Positions 59,436-64,000 of a DNA stretch of 64,000 bases are shown here, one piece after another. The number at the start of each line of letters is the position of its first letter. The stretch's first letter is position 1. The stretch is from contig NC_043007.1 in NCBI RefSeq assembly GCF_006345805.1, forward strand, positions 14,136,001 through 14,200,000. The letters are read 5' to 3'. The position numbers and the translations under genes are program-made. This DNA comes from Octopus sinensis. Lineage: Eukaryota. The notes beneath the pieces are model-generated. The model was not told where the DNA came from. It searched no databases and saw only the letters and a list, made by a program, of their open reading frames with translations.

Positions 59436-61888
59436 ACATATATATATATGTATATATATATATACATATATATATATATAAACGATGATGATGATGATGA
59501 TGATATATATATATGCCAGTATCAGGTCAGTGGCACCCACTACACTCTTGGAGTGTTTGGCATCCAACTCATACCAGCATGGAAAATGGACATTGAATGA
59601 TGAGGAGGAGGATATATATATATATATAAACATGTATGTGGGTTAATATCAAACAGTGAGGATGAGTGATCAACAGTGCAGTAATGGATAAATATCACTT
59701 ATTTGTAGGTTAACGAGGCCACCAAAGTTTTCATGCAAAGAGATCTTCACAATTGTTCAAGATTGCCACAAGAAAGTGTTGGCACTTGTCTCCATTTTGG
59801 ATAGGAATATTCCTATTCAAAATGGAGAGAAGTAATATTTTTCTGCAGTACACAGGGAGCATATCTTGGAAACATTTATGAAAGGGTTAACATTGTCTAT
59901 TAATGTCCAGCTTATATTTATATCAGTAACATTCTCTCTTAAAATTCAAATTTGCATAATAGAGACATTCTATTTCATATTTAAATGTTACAGAAGTGTT
60001 TGTGTTGTCTTGCTTGTAGTTTAAATATAAATTTTGGTGGTTTTTACTTTTTACAGTATTATTTCCTTATAGACTGCATTTTTTTTGTTAGCGAATTTCC
60101 TTTTAATGGACATAACTTTGATCTCTTGCAGTTGCATCAGTTTTCAATTGTGACTTTCTTTTATATATAGTTATTTAAATCTTGGATGCTGAGCATTTTG
60201 CTTCTTGTACAGCTATGGACATAATTGCCATTCAGTAAATAACATGATACTCATTTCTTTGTTTAGGTCACAGAATATCCAGTGAGAAAGATGAACACAA
60301 TGAGAACATTCAAACTCAGCTTCTTCTATTTAAGTCTATTATCAATAAACCAACCAAGCAAAGCTGATAATATACTTTTCCTTTCAATGCCCTGGTTCAG
60401 TCATGTTCAAAACCAAATTCATACAGCGATGAAATTGAAGGTATATGGCCACACTAGTTACTTCTCATTGCCACCTAAACTGATAACTCATTTCAAGAAC
60501 GGAAATGGAATTAAATTCATTCCTATTAAAGAAGACCAAAATGTAAGCAGATTTATTGAGTTATCTATGAAATTCTTTTCAAGAAAGAAAGAAGGCAGCT
60601 GGCTTCAAATAAAACAGCTGATACAAAAAATGTGTGACAACTTCCTCTTAGACAATGATTGGTATCATTCTATAAAAGAACTAAATGCCTCTTTAGCAAT
60701 TGTAGATTCTGCTTTCTTTAGTCAGTGTTTAGCTATTGTCCCATATAGGCTATCAATTCCATTTCTATTTCAAGGTCTGGCTCTTGGACCACCTTCTTTA
60801 AGGAGAGTTCCTTGGAATCCAGCTGTGTTTCCACTTCTCAGTTTTGCACATTCTGATAAAATGACATTTTTCCAAAAGCTTAAAAACACTATTGCAACAT
60901 GCAGCTTCTTTATCTTTTTCCCCATGGTTTCCCCATCAAAGAGTGTCAAGGAATATGCCCCAGAAAAAAATGATATACCATTTGAAAGCGTTTTGCGAAA
61001 AGCTCAGTTATTCTTAACTGAGAGTGATCTGTTACTGAGTTATCCAAAACCCAGTCTCCCTTCTGAAGTATTTATTGGTGGAGTAGCAACTCATCCTTCA
61101 TTGCCTCTACAAGGTGACATAAAGGAGTTTGTTGAAAGGTCTAAGCATGGAATCATCATTGTTTCCTCTGGAGGTTACATAAGAGAGTTACCAAAAGAGC
61201 ATATAGAGAAGATGGAGAAGGCTTTTAAAGAAATAAAGTATGATGTCATTTGGAAACGACCAGACTCAAAGCAATTAGCATCAAACATCCTCATAAAACA
61301 ATGGCTGCCACAAAATGATCTTTTGGGTCATCCAAAAACAAAACTCTTCATCACACATTGTGGAATAAATGGTCAGTTTGAAGCTCTTTATCATGGAGTT
61401 CCAATGCTTGGATTTCCGATATTTGCAGATCAGTTTCACAATGGCCATCAAATACACGTAAAGGAATATGGAATTTCTATGGATATATATAATTACAATA
61501 AAGATGAACTTGTATCAAACATTAACGAACTGATTGAGAATTCAAAATATAAAACTAATATAAAACTTGCCAGTGAAATATTTCATTCCCATCCAGAACA
61601 CCCAGCAGAAAGGGCTGCTCGGTATGTAGACCATGTGATAAAGTATGGCGGAGATTATTTAAGATCGCCCTCTCAAAATATGCCTCTTTACCAATTTCTC
61701 ATGCTGGATATCTATGCTACATTTCTGGCTATAATCATAGCTGTTGTGTTGGTTGTTAAGTTTGTGGTTTCAAAATGTTATCGATGTTGTTTTGCGAAAA
61801 AGAAGAAAACAGAATAAACAGAAGCAATGTTATTGTAACTGACTGGTGAGGCAATGAGCTGGCAGAATTGTTGCTATGCTGGACAAGA
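54476..61888 (+). repeat. Duplication copy D (partner 41680-49008)
   Basis: Collinear; identical ORF translations at e.g. 42245/55041 and 44076/56860. Confidence 0.9.
60291..61817 (+). CDS. UDP-glycosyltransferase, type 2 paralog, intronless CDS, ~508 aa
   Basis: Signal peptide, FSHVQ, signature WLPQNDLLGHPKTKLFITHCGINGQFEALYHGVPMLGFPIFADQ, TM helix and KKKKTE (KKxx) tail. Confidence 0.95.
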   Translation: MNTMRTFKLSFFYLSLLSINQPSKADNILFLSMPWFSHVQNQIHTAMKLKVYGHTSYFSLPPKLITHFKNGNGIKFIPIKEDQNVSRFIELSMKFFSRKKEGSWLQIKQLIQKMCDNFLLDNDWYHSIKELNASLAIVDSAFFSQCLAIVPYRLSIPFLFQGLALGPPSLRRVPWNPAVFPLLSFAHSDKMTFFQKLKNTIATCSFFIFFPMVSPSKSVKEYAPEKNDIPFESVLRKAQLFLTESDLLLSYPKPSLPSEVFIGGVATHPSLPLQGDIKEFVERSKHGIIIVSSGGYIRELPKEHIEKMEKAFKEIKYDVIWKRPDSKQLASNILIKQWLPQNDLLGHPKTKLFITHCGINGQFEALYHGVPMLGFPIFADQFHNGHQIHVKEYGISMDIYNYNKDELVSNINELIENSKYKTNIKLASEIFHSHPEHPAERAARYVDHVIKYGGDYLRSPSQNMPLYQFLMLDIYATFLAIIIAVVLVVKFVVSKCYRCCFAKKKKTE

Positions 61889-62304
61889 TGCTTAGCAGCA
61901 TTGCCATTCGTCTTTATGTTCTGAGTTCAGATTCTGCTGAGGTTGATTTCTCTTTTCATCCTTTCGGGGTCAATAAATTAAGTACCAGTTCTGTACTGGG
62001 GTCAATCTAATCAACCAGCCCCCCCCCCTCAAAAATTTTGCACCTTGTGCCTAGAGTAGCAAAGAATTTTCATGCCAGCTAACCTTTTAGCAACTACAAC
62101 ATATATATTTATGCTCTCCAACATATTCCTCTCTCAGACTCACTCATTGTAGCATTCCTTCAGTTTTTTTCTAAGCCCTGTAAAAGAACTTGGAAGGTTT
62201 GTCTTCCAACCAGGTTTTTGCAATACTCTTCAAGCCAGGAACTTTTCAGCACCCCTTCATATAGATGTACATATATGTGTGTGTGTGTATGTGTGTATAC
62301 ATAT

Positions 62305-62720
62305 ATCATCATCATCATCATCATCATTTAATGTCCATTTTCCATGTTGGCATGGGTTGGACGGTTCAACTGGGGTCTGGCAAGCTCGAAGGCTGCACCA
62401 GGCCAGTCAGATCTGGCAGTGTTTCTACAGCTGGATGCCCTTCCTAATGCCAACCACTCCGAGAGTGTAGTGGGTGATTTTATGTGCCACCGACACAGGT
62501 GCCAGGCGAGGCTGGCTGACGACCACGCTCAGATGGTGTTTTTATGTGCCACATATATCATCATCATCATCATCATCGTCGTTTAACGTCCGTTCTCCAT
62601 GCTAGCATAGGTTGGACGGTTCGACCGGGGTTCTGGGAAGCCAGAAGGCTGCACCAGGCTCCAGTCTAATCTGGCAATGTTTCTACAGCTGGATGCCCTT
62701 CCTAACGCCAACCACTCCGT
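62305..62720 (-). mobile_element. Two tandem RTE 3'-UTR fragments with (GAT)n tails
   Basis: catcatcat...ttaatgtccattttccatg and catcatcgtcgtttaacgtccgttctccatg blocks. Confidence 0.75.
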
Positions 62721-62721
62721 G

Positions 62722-62752
<31 letters not shown>

Positions 62753-62799
62753 ATAAATTCAGGGTGAATACTTGATAAGTGTAAGCACCTGTATATGCT

Positions 62800-63450
62800 A
62801 GCTAGTAGCAGAGAGACAATGGCCTTCACTACCCCTATAGGAAACCAGAAGAAACCACTAGATATATTAACACATCATCCAATCACCCACCCTGTATAGT
62901 TGATACCACAGTCCAAGCTGTCTCTGACAGACTAATTAAGTTATCGTCAAACAATAGTATCTTCGGTGATTACGTGCATCACTATAACCAAGCCCTCTCT
63001 AACGCTGGGTACTCCCAGAAAATATCTTTCGGCAAAAAATCATATGATAAACCGCCTAGAACATCCGTCATCAAGAAAACTCCATCACATAAATGAACTA
63101 AGGATTCCGGAACCAATCATTTAAATTTGAATTTAAAATTAAATGAAATGAAATTAAATAGTTGCAATAAAAACACAGATTCAACTAATATAAATTCAAA
63201 TTTAAATTCAAACGGGACGAAGAAACAAACAGATAGAAATCACACCAATAGAAATTTAGTTTATGAAAACCCTACCAATAGGAGTATCACAGATAATATT
63301 AGAAGACACAAGAGTAAGAACGGTAGATTACGTAACTATATATGGTATAACATACCATATAATATAGCAGTTAAGGGTAAATTATGCAAAAAAATACTTT
63401 CAATAATATCAAATAACTTTCCACCCACTCATAAATATAGAAACCTGGAC
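62800..63450 (+). mobile_element. Penelope-like element remnant (linker upstream of GIY-YIG)
   Basis: RNYIWYNIPYNIAVKGKLCKKILSIISNNFPPTHKY resembles the IWFNPP(F/Y)...FP..H.L linker of PLEs. Confidence 0.55.
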
Positions 63451-63459
63451 GTTATCAAA

Positions 63460-63765
63460 GAAGCTTGAGAGGCGGTTGGATGGAACTTACATTCACCTCC
63501 TTATGAGAGCTCAAAATTTCTCATGGAAGCGCCATCCAACCAAAATGCAAATATATGGGAAATTACCACCTGTGTCATCTCTTGTGAAAGGTAGGAGAGT
63601 CCAGTTTGCTGGACATTGTTGTAGAGCTGAAAACGATGTAATCTCCAGGGATACAGGCATCCCGCAACAGGACCTCCGTAATGCCATGATGGACCGTGAA
63701 GTCTGGCGTAGCATGGTAAATTCCATTGTCTCGACCACGGTCGAACGATGATGAATGATGATGAT
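63460..63765 (+). mobile_element. 3' fragment of an RTE/RTEX-clade LINE with internal deletion and (GAT)n tail
   Basis: DGTYIHLLMRAQNFSWKRHPTKMQIYGKLP...RRVQFAGHC...DLRNAMMDREVWR, followed by gatgatgaatgatgatgat. Confidence 0.75.
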
Positions 63766-63789
63766 AAATATAGTATCTTTTCAAATAAA

Positions 63790-63926
63790 ACTATTAGGAT
63801 ATCATACTCATATATGTATATGTGTATATGTGTTTATTTTTATGTATGTATATGCGGGGGTGTATATATGTGTATGTATATATGTATGCATATGTGTGTG
63901 TGTGTATGCATATGTAAGTGTATATG

Positions 63927-63997
<71 letters not shown>

Positions 63998-64000
63998 CTT
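63790..64000. repeat. (TA/TG)n microsatellite
   Basis: Direct reading. Confidence 0.95.

Overview
This is AT-rich, microsatellite-dense eukaryotic DNA whose SINE, RTE and Penelope repeats resemble those of Octopus (inference from repeat style only). The only host genes form a + strand tandem cluster of UDP-glycosyltransferases (UGTs) with intronless coding regions. Intact ORFs lie at 6460-7989, 47412-48938 and 60291-61817, a frameshifted near-identical copy at 30569-32095, and an internally duplicated chimeric locus at 24208-26597. Two large near-identical duplications (5055-17493 vs 29159-41579; 41680-49008 vs 54476-61888) flank a 100-N gap, so part of the copy number may be an assembly artefact. 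The rest is transposon debris: CRE, RTE, Penelope-like, mariner, Tc1, hAT-type MITEs, Helitron and tRNA-derived SINEs. The most notable signal is a ~530-bp tandem repeat (18104-20174, ~3.9 copies) in which each monomer carries a type I hammerhead ribozyme with all conserved core residues. This is the architecture of a retrozyme / self-cleaving circRNA-producing satellite. Also seen are three other minimal hammerheads tied to Penelope-like elements (one also present in the duplicated copy), a SINE pentamer bounded by one target-site duplication, a 28S rRNA fragment inside a SINE, and signs of gene conversion among the UGTs.
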